A stretch of 64,000 nucleotides of DNA. Source: Lingula anatina. Taxonomy: Eukaryota; Animalia; Brachiopoda. Where the stretch lies: contig CM120643.1 in the NCBI GenBank assembly GCA_051362555.1, positions 9,610,001 through 9,674,000 on the forward strand, written 5' to 3'. Below the pieces are notes generated by a model. It saw nothing but the letters and a program-made list of their open reading frames with translations. It was not told where the DNA came from and ran no database searches. Positions 1 through 11,964 of the stretch are shown here, piece by piece. Position 1 is the stretch's first letter, and each line of letters begins with the position of its first letter. The translations under genes were made by a program, and so were the position numbers.

Positions 1-6
1 ATAAAA

Positions 7-343
7 TTGCCTTCAGAAAATGTAAGCACTTGTCTAACAAAATTCCGTGGCCTTGTATCTCAAGTTTGTGGTATTAACCCCAACATAAAAATTTGTATTT
101 CGGCTGTACTACCCCGCGAGGTAGACAAATTTAAACACATCACCCATCCTCTTGCTCAAAAGCATGTTATCAACTCTTTTGAATACGAAGTACAGCTTGT
201 TGAACAAAAGCCTACTTTTAGAATGTCAATCTCAGCACTCTTTATATTTTTTGGACAGTACTGAGTACTTAAAAAAACCTCAGGCTGGAAAATTATTGGC
301 ACGTGATGGGCTGCATTTGAATTTTCTAGGTATCAAAACATTA
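7..343 (+). pseudogene. SGNH/GDSL hydrolase-like domain (C-terminal part, one frameshift near 150)
   Basis: KICISAVLPR...N..L..C..LYFLD...LLARDGLHLNFLGIKTL matches SGNH block V (DxxH). It joins in frame to VICPAV (1745 onward) once the 344-1742 MITE is removed. Confidence 0.75.
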
Positions 344-1742
344 AGTGGAGACCGGGGCACGTTCGGCCCCGGGGCACGTTCGGCTTTCACTCGTATTTTC
401 CTTAATTAACACTTTTGGTCCAGCAGCGACCCCTTTATGTGTCACATGATCTATTTAGCGGATACTACAAAAATAAGGCTTCTGTGGTGCACTCCGTTCG
501 GAAGATATGATTGAAAAACTTATTTTTCACGTGTAAAATTTTTTAAAAGGTTTTTTGATTTGGGTCTACTTCAGCATTAATTAGTTGAATTACTGTCACC
601 AATGCATTATAACATAAGAGCATATAGAAAGCCAATTTTAATGAGGTATGACACCTCACTGTCGACTTGTTAATTATGTTGCTATGGTAACATACATTCG
701 GAATGCAGGCTTGGGGTAAGTTCGGCCCCTCAAGGTGGGGCACGTTCGGACCCTGGGTTGGGTACGTTCGGCCAGGGGCCGAACGTGCCCCTTGGCTTTG
801 GCTTGATCTAAAAATTATTATTTTTAAGCCAAAAAAAAGTTTGTTATATGCTAACATTTCAGCGCCATTAGTGGGGTTAAAACTTAAGCTGGTATCTTCA
901 CTTTTTAATTGTCGCCTTTTTTTCAACCACGCACGAAGCCTATAATTCAAATATTTAATACATGTACATATCATTAACTTATATTTTTCAGAGAAACACT
1001 ATGGCATCTAGCCGGAAATATTAACATTGTTTAAAGATCACTGGAGTTTTCATCTAGTTTTCTTTTAAATATTTTCTTAACGTGGCATTATTTCAAACAA
1101 ATTGTGTATGTTAAAATGTTTTTTGTGATTACAGTTGAAGTTTTGCGTTTGAACGCTTTGTTGTGATCAAATGTTAGAAAATTTTCCCGTTGGATTAAAT
1201 GTGGGGTTTCAATACTGACGTAGGTCAGTTCCTTCATGTTCTGTTATTGATATACATGAGAAGTATAAAGACCTATGCATTTAAAAAAATAGTAGCTCAA
1301 TACATGTAGTTCAAGGACATACATGTACCAAACAAACAATTTCAATTAGGCCTAAATATCTTTCTAAAACCTAACTAAATTATTTATTTCAAGTGTATCG
1401 TCACAGTTTAGTAGCTAATTTAGCACCAAAATACCTATTTTTTAAAAAATAAAAATACCTTAAAAGGTATTCATGTGAAATGGAAATAAAAGAAATCGGT
1501 AAGAGAGTATTTGAATTTGCAGGCCGAACGTGCCCCAGGCGGGGGCACGTTCGGCCACGTGTTGGAAATTTATTTCATGTTAAATTTCTTTAAAATGCAA
1601 GGTCTTCTTTTCATTTAAACAATGTATAAAAAAAGGAAATTTAGCAGTCTATCTACTCAAAACACATCATTGAGATTCGTCGTCAAGCAGCTGAACTACA
1701 ACCGATCAAAGGAAAAGGGGCCGAACGTGCCCCGGTCTCCCC
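344..1742. mobile_element. Non-autonomous TA-target DNA transposon (MITE, Tc1/mariner-pogo type)
   Basis: TIRs GGAGACCGGGGCACGTTCGGCCCC / GGGGCCGAACGTGCCCCGGTCTCC. TA at 342-343 and 1743-1744. Internal GGGGCACGTTCGGCC repeats near 720-790 and 1523-1557. Confidence 0.9.
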
Positions 1743-4700
1743 TAGTTATCTGTCCTGCAGTATGTCCAGTTAGCTCAGCCATTCCCCCTCTGTCTTCAGA
1801 GGAGGACTGGCCAGCTCTCCCCCCTCCCTCAGTGAGCCTTCACACTTCACCTCTCAAGCTAGCATCCACGCAACACAACAACACACCCAAACCTCAGCAG
1901 ACCAAGCTTGCACCCACACCAGCCAAGCCTGTGTCCTCCTCCACAGTACCACAGGTAAGGTGCAGTCCTCACACGCACAAGCAGGCACCACTCAACATTC
2001 GCAGAAAATCATATTCCAGGCAGACATCTTCTAAATACAAGCATGTGCACCCAAAACTTAGACGGCCAGTCACCATACATGACCTCCAGAGTCCTCCCAT
2101 TATCTGTAAAAACAGATTTGCCACTCTTCATGTGGAGGAGCCTGAAGATCATGAGAATGATGACTGTATCACCAATGAGCATGCAGTATCATCACAAGCA
2201 AGTCACCCCATCATACCTGCACAGAAACAGAAGTTAGTAGTGTCCCTGTTTCAGAAGTCTACTAATATCAGACTCAGAAATGCGGACACTTCTAACCAGC
2301 AAAGTGCTTACACTGCTACCAATAACAATTACAATACTCCTTCTTCCAACAACACTGCACACAGAAACACTGGCTGTGCCAGGGAAACCATAGGGATTTT
2401 CTTTCTGATGACATTTCTTTCTACTCTGTTATTTCTTGTAGGGATTGTGCTGTCTGTCTTGGAAGCACCACCATGTCTGGTGGTGAGTGTTGCACTGATC
2501 ATTGCTAAAGTAGTTAGTGCCAAAGCCTGGGTTGGTAATTACAACGTCAATTTAGTTAAAAAGAAGAAAAGAGGCAAATGCTTAGAGAGGCAGAAACGCA
2601 GGAATGGGCGGAGTAGATGTAAAAAGAGAAAAAAAAACTGCTTATATAGGAGATACTGGAGGTGTAAAGAAAGCAAATTTTGGTGCAGAGCTGTTTCAGA
2701 GTGTATGTAGCAGTGATAGAGAAGTTTTTGATGAAAAAGTATTGGGTAACATGACACTTGTGGATCATAAGATAGATATTGCTGAAAACACAGTCTGTCA
2801 TGGGAAAGTAGCAGTTGGTGATAGTGATGTTGGCATAGTGGATGATGTTAGGAGTTGTAAAACAGAGGTCTTGAACAGTAAAATAGAAGAAAAAGGACCA
2901 TTTATATTTGAAGTTGACATGTTTGAATCCAAACATTTCATTGCTCATGATGGTAAAAAACTTCCAGTTTCATTGATAGTTACATTGATTGACAATACTT
3001 GTTTCAATATTGATGGAAAGTACAGCATCTATTCAGGTAGCAAGCTTCTAAGTGTACATGATGTAGTAGAGTTTCCTAATAAGGTAGTGGTCATGATGAA
3101 AGACTTAGGTGGGGCAGGAGATAGTGATGAGGAATTGAAGCCAGCTAGTAAACAACCATGCAGTACGTGCTCACTGTCTAGTATTCCTACCATTCAGTGT
3201 CAGAATCCTTCAGTTTCGATAGGACTTGCTTACTCCAAGAAAGAATTGCTGCAGTGTTTTCAGTTGACCAAGTCACAGATACAGCATGTAGAGAGTAATG
3301 TGGTACAGCTGTGTAGGGTGCACTACAATAAACTGTATACATTTAGGGAATACTTTAAGTGTTTAATTTGTAAGAAAAGGTTTGAAAAGACACTACAAAG
3401 AAAGGTAGATCTGGAAGCATTAAAATGGTATGTGGAGAAGAGCAATATATCAGTTGAGGATGTGTCACATAGTAAGGTCTGTAAACCATGTAGCATGAAA
3501 GTATCACGGGCAAATATTAAAATGTGAAAATGAGATGTCTGACATTAAGCAAGAAGTTCTTTCTGTTTCAGATGACATAGCTGGTATTAAATCATGTTAT
3601 ACTAATTATTTAAGTAGTGATAAACCTTGTAGTAGTGAGGATGTTTTTGAACATGCTTTCTCCTTTGTAGTGTTACATTTAGCAAATGAGTTATTAAAAT
3701 GTCATACTGTATTATTAGATGACCTTATGGAATTATTACTTGGTAAGATGGGTGATATTATATCAAAATATGGAATAGACAAACATATTACGGATTTGTT
3801 GCCAAATAGTTACCAAAGTATTGTTGTTTCGAGGTTGAAAACACTCTTTAGTCATAGTCTTATTTTACGAAGTGTTCCAGATAAGCCCAGTTTAGGAACA
3901 TTATTATCACGTAGTGATGGCAATGATGTGGAATCTCTTTTGTTATTGCATAAGGGTAAGACGAAACAGCAGGAGAGTGGTAAGCAAGATAATACAGATG
4001 AGATCATCTTGGAAAGGGCAATAAATATTTTGAGACAAAGGTTAATTGCTTTCTCAAAAAGAAAAATGACCGTGTCCATTGATAGCTTTAAACCTGAAGA
4101 ATTCATAATGAACTTGGATCCTGTCATTTGGAATTTTACCTATCAATTAACAATGGGGGTAAGAGAATTTTCTTTATTTAGAAGACATATCTTTGATTGG
4201 AATGTTCCATTTATGGCAAATTTACATGATAGTAAGGTTTACAATGCAAAGCGCATTTTCAATAGATTAGGTGTAATATCAGTAGTGCATAGGTGTTTTA
4301 GTAATGAAATTGATGACCCCGTAGGTCTTATATATTCAGATGTCATTGACAAATACAGTTCTTCATCTTCTGAATTATTTGAGGTTTCTAATGCGTTTGG
4401 TTTTTCTTATTCCAAATCTCACTATACTAATTTCCAGGTGAGTATCTCAGAGGACATAATAAAAAATTTAAGGAAAGGTGAACCATTTTTAGCATCAGAT
4501 TCTTTTTGGATAGCATCTGTAGATAATGTAGATGTGGACAGTAGTAATGCTAGGGTTTTAAGTGGAGATAATAAGAGAGCATTTCACGGTACATCAGTGC
4601 AGGTTTGTTCACCACAACCAACTAATATAAAATTGTCTGCAACTGATAAATAAATTTAGACATTTTATTTTTGAAACAGGAGATGCAGTATATTCAAGGT

Positions 4701-5169
4701 ATGTAACAAATAGCACCTACTTATCATTTTTTGAAGCATTGTCTATTTGGGCAAATAGAGGAATACAAGGTAATGCAACTCCTCAGTATATTCTACATAA
4801 GGTTAAGGAATTGATTTCTTTGCCAGAAAATATTGCGTATTTGGATAACTTGTCTGATAGCTTTCATGATAACTTCTGCAAGACTCAGAATTTTTTTAAT
4901 TTTGCACATAGGTTAGATAAAATAGGACAGTCATTGTCACCAGATACCCCTGAGCTGTTAGGTGTAGTTTGTCTTTTTCACAGGCCCATTTATATTTATC
5001 GTGAAGAAGGGGGCATCTTCTCTGAGTGTGTGAGATATGCAGCAAACATTTTTAAGTCTAACCTATCAAATTAATAAGATATGAATATGAAAGGATAGCA
5101 TGTTATGACTTGATAATGGATATGGAAAATGATGAAAATCCACAGAATATTGACGATATTGCGCTATTA

Positions 5170-7225
5170 CACTGTAAAAACAGTGTTTAGCTCCTAAACA
5201 CATTTCTAAGCGCCTGTTTTGTCTCACTTTTTCCACGCGTTTAGCTCCTAACATGCTTAGCTTCTTAACACGTTTCACGCTTGTGTTTAGCAGTATGACG
5301 CGTTTGACGGCTTATAAATGTAGGGTGTATTTGTTTAACCTTTAGGTGCTAAGGGTTTCAGTCGCACACACGCGCGCACGCGCACACACACACACACACA
5401 CACGAACTCACGGTCACTTTTAACTGCTATAGTTATCTCTTTCTATAACAGGGTACCGTGAACTGTCAACATCGTTGACTTCCCACTATCATCTTTACAG
5501 CTGTACTTATTCATCCTTATGTTAGCTGACCTTGCGAGGAAGTTTATTGGAATGTATTTCTGAAAAGCAGGTTAGGAAAATTCACTAGTTCACTAAAGGC
5601 AAGAAACAACTATCAATTTTACTTTAAAACACCTTTCTCCATATTTTGATAAAATGCGATACGGTATTGATATCTATTATTTTTTTTTCCGAAAGTAACG
5701 AACAATAGAACATCAGGATCATATTGGGGTATTCATTATAATGCTTTATTTAAGCTTTCATCACATGCTGGTTATTTCGGTACCGATAGTCCGAATATTT
5801 GTACCGCTCTAGTCGCCGACTTACCCCAAGCCCATTTTGGAATTAACCACTAACTGTAATTCAAACAGCATAAGACGTGTTTTTGTTATTTATATAAAAA
5901 TGTTTTCAAAACATTATATAATGTTTTTCCAGAATGTTATAAACACGCTGATAAAACTCCACAAAATGACGTTACATGTATCATAAAATTGTGTAGAAAC
6001 GGTCTTCGAATCTTTTTACAAATTATAACGTTACTGTACATCATTTTGCATGGAGTTAAAACACCCATAACGTTACCATAATGTTCTTCTATACCATTAC
6101 CAGCATGTAACCATCTGATAACGTCGTGAAATCGTTATTTGTTATTGGATTATTACTTAAAGGTACATACAGTATGAATCGAGCATCGGTGGAGCGTGGG
6201 TTGCCAGTAACACATATAAACCACCTCTACTAGATTCTTATACGACTCAAATAAAGTCGACATGCCAAGGGACAAACTGAATAAATCATTCGATCAGCCA
6301 TAAAAGAGCTTTAGACTGCTCTTTTAATTTTTGGTCAGAAATTTAACCTACTTATGTGACCTACTTTTCTGCCCCATGTATATACAGGATAGTAAGCTAA
6401 CAGAAAAATCCATTCAAATAACATTTTTCGGCGAATATTAATCAATGCCTTCTGGCAATTCCCTTAATTATACTTTTTGAAACTATATACTGGTATTTGG
6501 TTGGTTTTTGAGCAAAAAATTGACTTTGTATGCATCTTTAATAGGCCTATTTTAAATAAGCACGCGTTACTGCAAGGAAGGACACCAAGCGTTCGAGCAG
6601 ATTGCTCCACGCCTTCAACAGCTCCACACGTTTACAAGGGGGGGAAGTGTTAAGCCAAATTGTTGAGCCTTGTAATAAACTTATGGGACCGGTGAAACAA
6701 ATCACATAGCTAAAAGTGTGACACTTCTAAGAATGTTAAACATTTTTATTTCTTCTGAAAGAAGCTTGAAAAGCTAAACTTGTTGTTCAGCTACCCTCTA
6801 CCAGGGCGACAGATGGATTTTTCACAGATATGTCTCTAGATAAATAGATAGTCAATTTGGTCTGATGTCACCTCAGCAAAAAATGTCCCCAAGAACTGCG
6901 GCCTTGATAGAGGGTATTGTTCAGCAGCTCCACGCGTTTAGGAATTCCACACCTATAGCAGCTCCATATGTTTAGCAGCCTCACGCGCTTAGCAGGGGAA
7001 GTGCTTAGACAATGTGCTTAGCTTGTGATAGACTTATTATAGATCCATATACCGGTGAAGCTAAGCACATAGCTAAACGTGTAACACTGCCAACGTGTCT
7101 AGCATTTTCTTCTGTGAAACGCTTGAAAAGCTATACGTGCTTAGCTTTTACACATATTTCTAAATGCGTATAGGTGCTTAACGTATGTTGTATGTATTTA
7201 AATGCTAAGCACTGTTTTTACAGTG
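5170..7225. mobile_element. Non-autonomous CACTG-terminated element (EnSpm/CMC-like), 2-bp TA TSD
   Basis: CACTGTAAAAACAGTG...CACTGTTTTTACAGTG, with TA at 5168-5169 and 7226-7227 and subterminal CACGCGTTTAG-like repeats. Removal joins DDIALL to PSLLTVFG in frame. Confidence 0.85.
5365..5403. repeat. (CA)n/(CG)n microsatellite
   Basis: cacacacgcgcgcacgcgcacacacacacacacacacac. Confidence 0.9.
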
Positions 7226-9407
7226 TACCTTCCTTGTTAACAGTGTTTGGGATTAACCCCTTACATAGTATTTCCCATGAAGAATATAAACCATTGGTAG
7301 GAAAAAAGGCATCAAAATGGAAGATATAGACCCCACATTACTTTCCACTGTATTTGACGCGGATTCCTTGGCTTTTACTTCTCTTTACAACCCTAGCCAA
7401 CCTTCCCCTCACACTCAACTTTCCTTGGCAGACTTCCAGGTAACTGATGAAGAACAGCACCAAGCTACAGCATTAGGCAACAAACTTTTCAATTTCAGTT
7501 TAGGGCACCATTGTTTTGCTGAAAAAAGTATTGGGTTAGATGAAATTGAGAATTATCCCAATATTCTAAAAGGATATTTTTCAGTGCATGAGCCAGTATT
7601 TAAGGAAAAATCTCAAATTACATGTATATATTTTAGTATAACTGATAAAACGTCTGATTCACCAGATACAATGAAAGTGATTTTCGGGTAGTTATATAAT
7701 GTTATGGGTGTTAGCAAAAAGATAAAGAATTTAGTGGTTGTAGGTGATGCCAAATTATATGATATTTTAGTTAAGCTTAAGTTAGAATTTTCCACAGAAT
7801 TAAAATGGTTACTCCCATATATAGGAGATTGGCACACCCTCAAGAATTATCAAGGTGTATTAATGAAGTGATATGGAGAGGCAGGACTAAGGCATTTTAT
7901 TGAGCTGTTCCATAAGGGTAAGACTGCCTCTGCTGTGTTAGGTGCATTGAATTTCACAAAAACACATGAGTTTTTACTACAGGTTTGGGAGGCAATGTAT
8001 AGGCATGAGTTAGCTGTGTTTTTAAAGTATAGGTCGACAGTGTTGTCTGAAAGAGATAGGTGTGAGTTTTCATTGAGGGATATCTGTGATAGGATGAATG
8101 GGGTAGATTCAGAGTTCCAGGCATTTAATGAATTGACTGATATGAATAATGACATAAAGGAAGAATTTAACAATTTCACATCTAAAATGATAGCTAAGGA
8201 TGAGACTTGGGCCTTTTGGCACAATTTTATTCATAGAGATTGTTTTGCATATGTAGCATACTATTTAGCCATACGTTCAGGCAATTGGCAATTAAGGAAC
8301 TTTTCGATAAAACATGTTACAAAGCTTTTTCACAGTGTCCAGTCTAATTTTTATTACCGGCTACTTCCCCACCATTTAGCTGACCTCAAAACTTTCCCCA
8401 CATCTGTTCTTAAACATTTTGAATCTGGCGGATTTGTCATAAATCTAACTGAAAGGCCATATAGCAGTATAGCATTAGATGAGGCACACGAGACTTGTAT
8501 AAACAGGGACATTAAGAAGGCTATTAATTATCCATCAGAAGATGTTTTTTCTAGGTTAGTTTACTATTTACCATATAGGGCTAGGGTATTGAAAAACTTT
8601 GAGTATTTGCTACCCAGTAGTAAGAATTATGAGTTACCTTTCAAGCAAAATTCAGTTAAGTCACAATTTGAGAATAACATTAGGTATTACATTCAGTTTA
8701 TTGAATCTAGTCAGTGTTCACTTTTTAATGTACATTTAGACATGTTAGATCAAGAAAATGGTATTTCACTTATTCATATCTGCACACAAGAAAATGCTGA
8801 TGAAAATCAGCGGCGGGATTTACTTAACTTATTAGAATTAGGTAGTGAAGAATTAAATAAGTTTACTAAACACAAAATAATAAAAGTAGATGACAGCAGG
8901 GCTTATAGTAGGAAAAGAAAATTATTGCATACTTTTGGCACTAATCTAGAAACTAAGTCAAACAAAAAACGCCAACTTAGTTATCAGAAACTAGTGACAG
9001 ATAGTTTACGTAAGCAATTGAATTGGACAAAGAAAGGAAAATCACTCCCTGAAAATGTGCAGCAAATTGTACCTTACCCCTTAGCTATATGTGGGGAGGA
9101 CGGGGCCCCGTATAAAGGAAATAAGTCTTCAGCCAGACACTTCTTCCAAAACATGTACCCACAAGCATTCAGTGTAGGATTATCAGAAGATATAGTCTTT
9201 ACAAGTATAGTTTTGGATGCCATGTTCCAAATTAATACCCCCCCCCTTTACCCTTACAAAAAATTTCAAACAGTATGCACAGTTATTTTACAATAGGCAT
9301 GTATTTCCCGTTTCTCAAGAAGGAAGTCAAAGAAGTTCATGTAGTATTTGATAAGCCAGGTGGCGTAAATAATTTTGATCCTAAGCAAGTAGAAAGAGAT
9401 AGGAGAG

Positions 9408-10232
9408 TGTTACTGCCAGAGCAGTGTTTTATAGATAAATCTTATTTCTTTACTTCGGACGCGCTACTCACTTGTTTGTCGCATCGGTGTTGAATAACAA
9501 TTGTTTTTAGCGCGCTTATGATAATGATGGGATAGAATGTGATTCCATGTGGAATGAGATCGGCTGATATTAAATGCTGAGACAGCCGTAATTACAAGTG
9601 TTTTTGTAACAGGAATCTGGCCCATAAGGTTAGCAATTAATTTTAAGTTATGAAAGTTCATTTAAAGATAATTGCGAGAAGATAAAATTAGTTTTCCATT
9701 GTAAACTGCAACTTTCAGTAGCGTTAGAAATGCCGGTCTGATGTACAATGCACAGTACATGTAACACAATCACTGTGCCTTTCAGTATTGGAGTAAAGAA
9801 AGTTCAGTAAAGTGTAGTGTATTGTTTAGAAACGAGAATGTAGCTGTACTAGTTGCGAGTTAAATATTGTTTGTTTTATGTTCGTAATCAATGTTATTTT
9901 AAAAAGCGTATTTTTTCATTGTGTTAGTTGCGCCAGATGAGATTTACTACACAATCATTTAGAACCCAGTCGCTTGCATTACACTAGAATAGCCCAAAGT
10001 CGGTAAGAGTTACTTATATTTTGAAGATAAAGATAGGATAACATGCAACTGTTAAGTAAAGATGTTATTTAAGCGACTTAATAGCATCATATAAAAGAAC
10101 TAGGGCAAGAATATGAGATGATTTACTTATTTTATTTCAATTATTTTTTCAGTTGACGGTTTAAGGTTTAATAAATCAGTAAAAACGACGCAAAGCTGTT
10201 GTTGTTGTGTGTGAGTATTGCAAGTGGCTACA
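9408..10232 (+). repeat. 5' LTR
   Basis: TG...CA direct repeat of 16321-17145; AATAAA near 10170. Confidence 0.97.
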
Positions 10233-10807
10233 GTCAACGACTTGGATTTGAGATAGCCCATACCAATAGTCCGCAACTAAAGCCCTGAGACGGCCCGTAC
10301 CGAACAACCGAACCAAGAAGACAGAATTTATGACCTACTTACAACCTGTGGTAACTCTAGATATCTGAGATGCCTGGAGCCAGTCAACAGCCATTATTTA
10401 GATGACCCGGCCCAGTCAAGTACTAGCAGTTACTGGTGGGACTGTAATTAAGGAAATTGAGCTAAGATCCAATCCGCAGCTTGCAATAAAGCTGAAATTG
10501 AGACTTTCTCGAGTATATGTTGACACTTGATTTCATATCCACAGATAACTATAAATACTAGTAGACCTCAGTGTAGCTGAATATATTATTGGCTATCTAA
10601 ATATACATATGATTATTAATTTATTTGTTTGTTAAGATTAAGATACTCGGCAATTTTACATGTTTGCTGTTGATGTTCAAATGTTTTAGCTAGCTTATTA
10701 CTTATAGAGAAACTGTCTACATTTTGAAATTTACTTGTCTTGTGTAGTGTAGATAAGTTTATTTGAATTCAAATAAGTTACGCTGCCCATACTGCTTGAC
10801 ATTAAAA

Positions 10808-11964
10808 ATGGATGCAGCTACCATTACCAAGACTCCCAGCACTAGGACAGTTCCTTCTCAGACACCAACTGACCAAGAAGTAACATTCAGAAACATATCG
10901 CCTAAAGATGATTTGAGAAGAAGACTAATTGAGGAATTAGATCCAGATGACTCCGTCAGTCAAGCCGGCTCAAACGTATCTTTTAAGGAGCGACAGTTAG
11001 AAGAAGAAGCTAGACAGGTTGCTTTGAAGGAAAGGCTGAAGTACCTTACAGCACAGCAAGAAATAGAAGAGCAACAGATACGTTTAGAGCAGAGAAGAAA
11101 GCGGCTCTTGTTAGAATCAGAACTGAATGAAAGCAAGAAAAGGGAAGAAATCTTTAGGAAAGCATTGGGAGGTGAAGATACTACTAAGAAGGAGTCAGAC
11201 AGCAGCTATAGCCATGATGTTGTGAGGGCCTTAGAGAAGTTGAGCCTGAGTAGATTACCGATTCCAGAGCCACCTGTATTTGAGGGAAATTATCTAACAT
11301 ATGTAACATGGCGACTAGCATTCAAGACTCTAATAGAAAGCAGAAATATCCCACCCAGTGAGAGGCTGTACTACCTAAAGAGGTACCTCAGAGGAGAAGC
11401 TAAAGAGACAGTGGATCATTTGTTTTACTTAGATTCAGAAGAGGCTTACATTGAAGCCCTTGAGATACTTGAAGATAGATATGGTGATAAATTTTTGATA
11501 GCAGAGGCTTTCAGAGACAAATTAGAAAAGTGGCCCAAGATTAACAGCAGAGACAGTAAGGGACTTAGAAAACTATCAGATTTTCTCAGGCAGTGTTTAG
11601 CAGCAACAGATCATGTAGGAGAGTTGAAGATCCTGGACGACTGTCGGGAAAATAGGAAGTTACTTCAGAATGGATCACACGAAGATGGGCCCGAATTGTC
11701 GAAGAATCACAAGGTTTCCCAAGCTTCAAGAGGTTTGTAGAGTTTGTAAAAAAGGAATCCGACATTGTAAATAACCCTGTTATGAGACCAGCTGAAACTG
11801 CATTTAGCAAGAAAACCCCCACTTCCACCAGCCTTATGACGAAGACGAGCGATCAAGCTATACCAACGCCTCCTGTCACGAAAAATGCCTGTACATTCTG
11901 TGAGAAAATAGGACACGACATCAGAGAATGCTGAAACTTCGAAAGAAAAACGCCACAAGAAAGA
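10808..11964 (+). pseudogene. BEL/Pao gag, disrupted by a frameshift near 11667 and an in-frame TGA at 11932
   Basis: LPIPEPPVFEGN..Y..W..AFKTLIE..ERLYYLKRYL.GEA is typical BEL gag. It continues in the pol frame as EWITRRW..FVEFV..CTFC..H..REC*. Confidence 0.9.
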
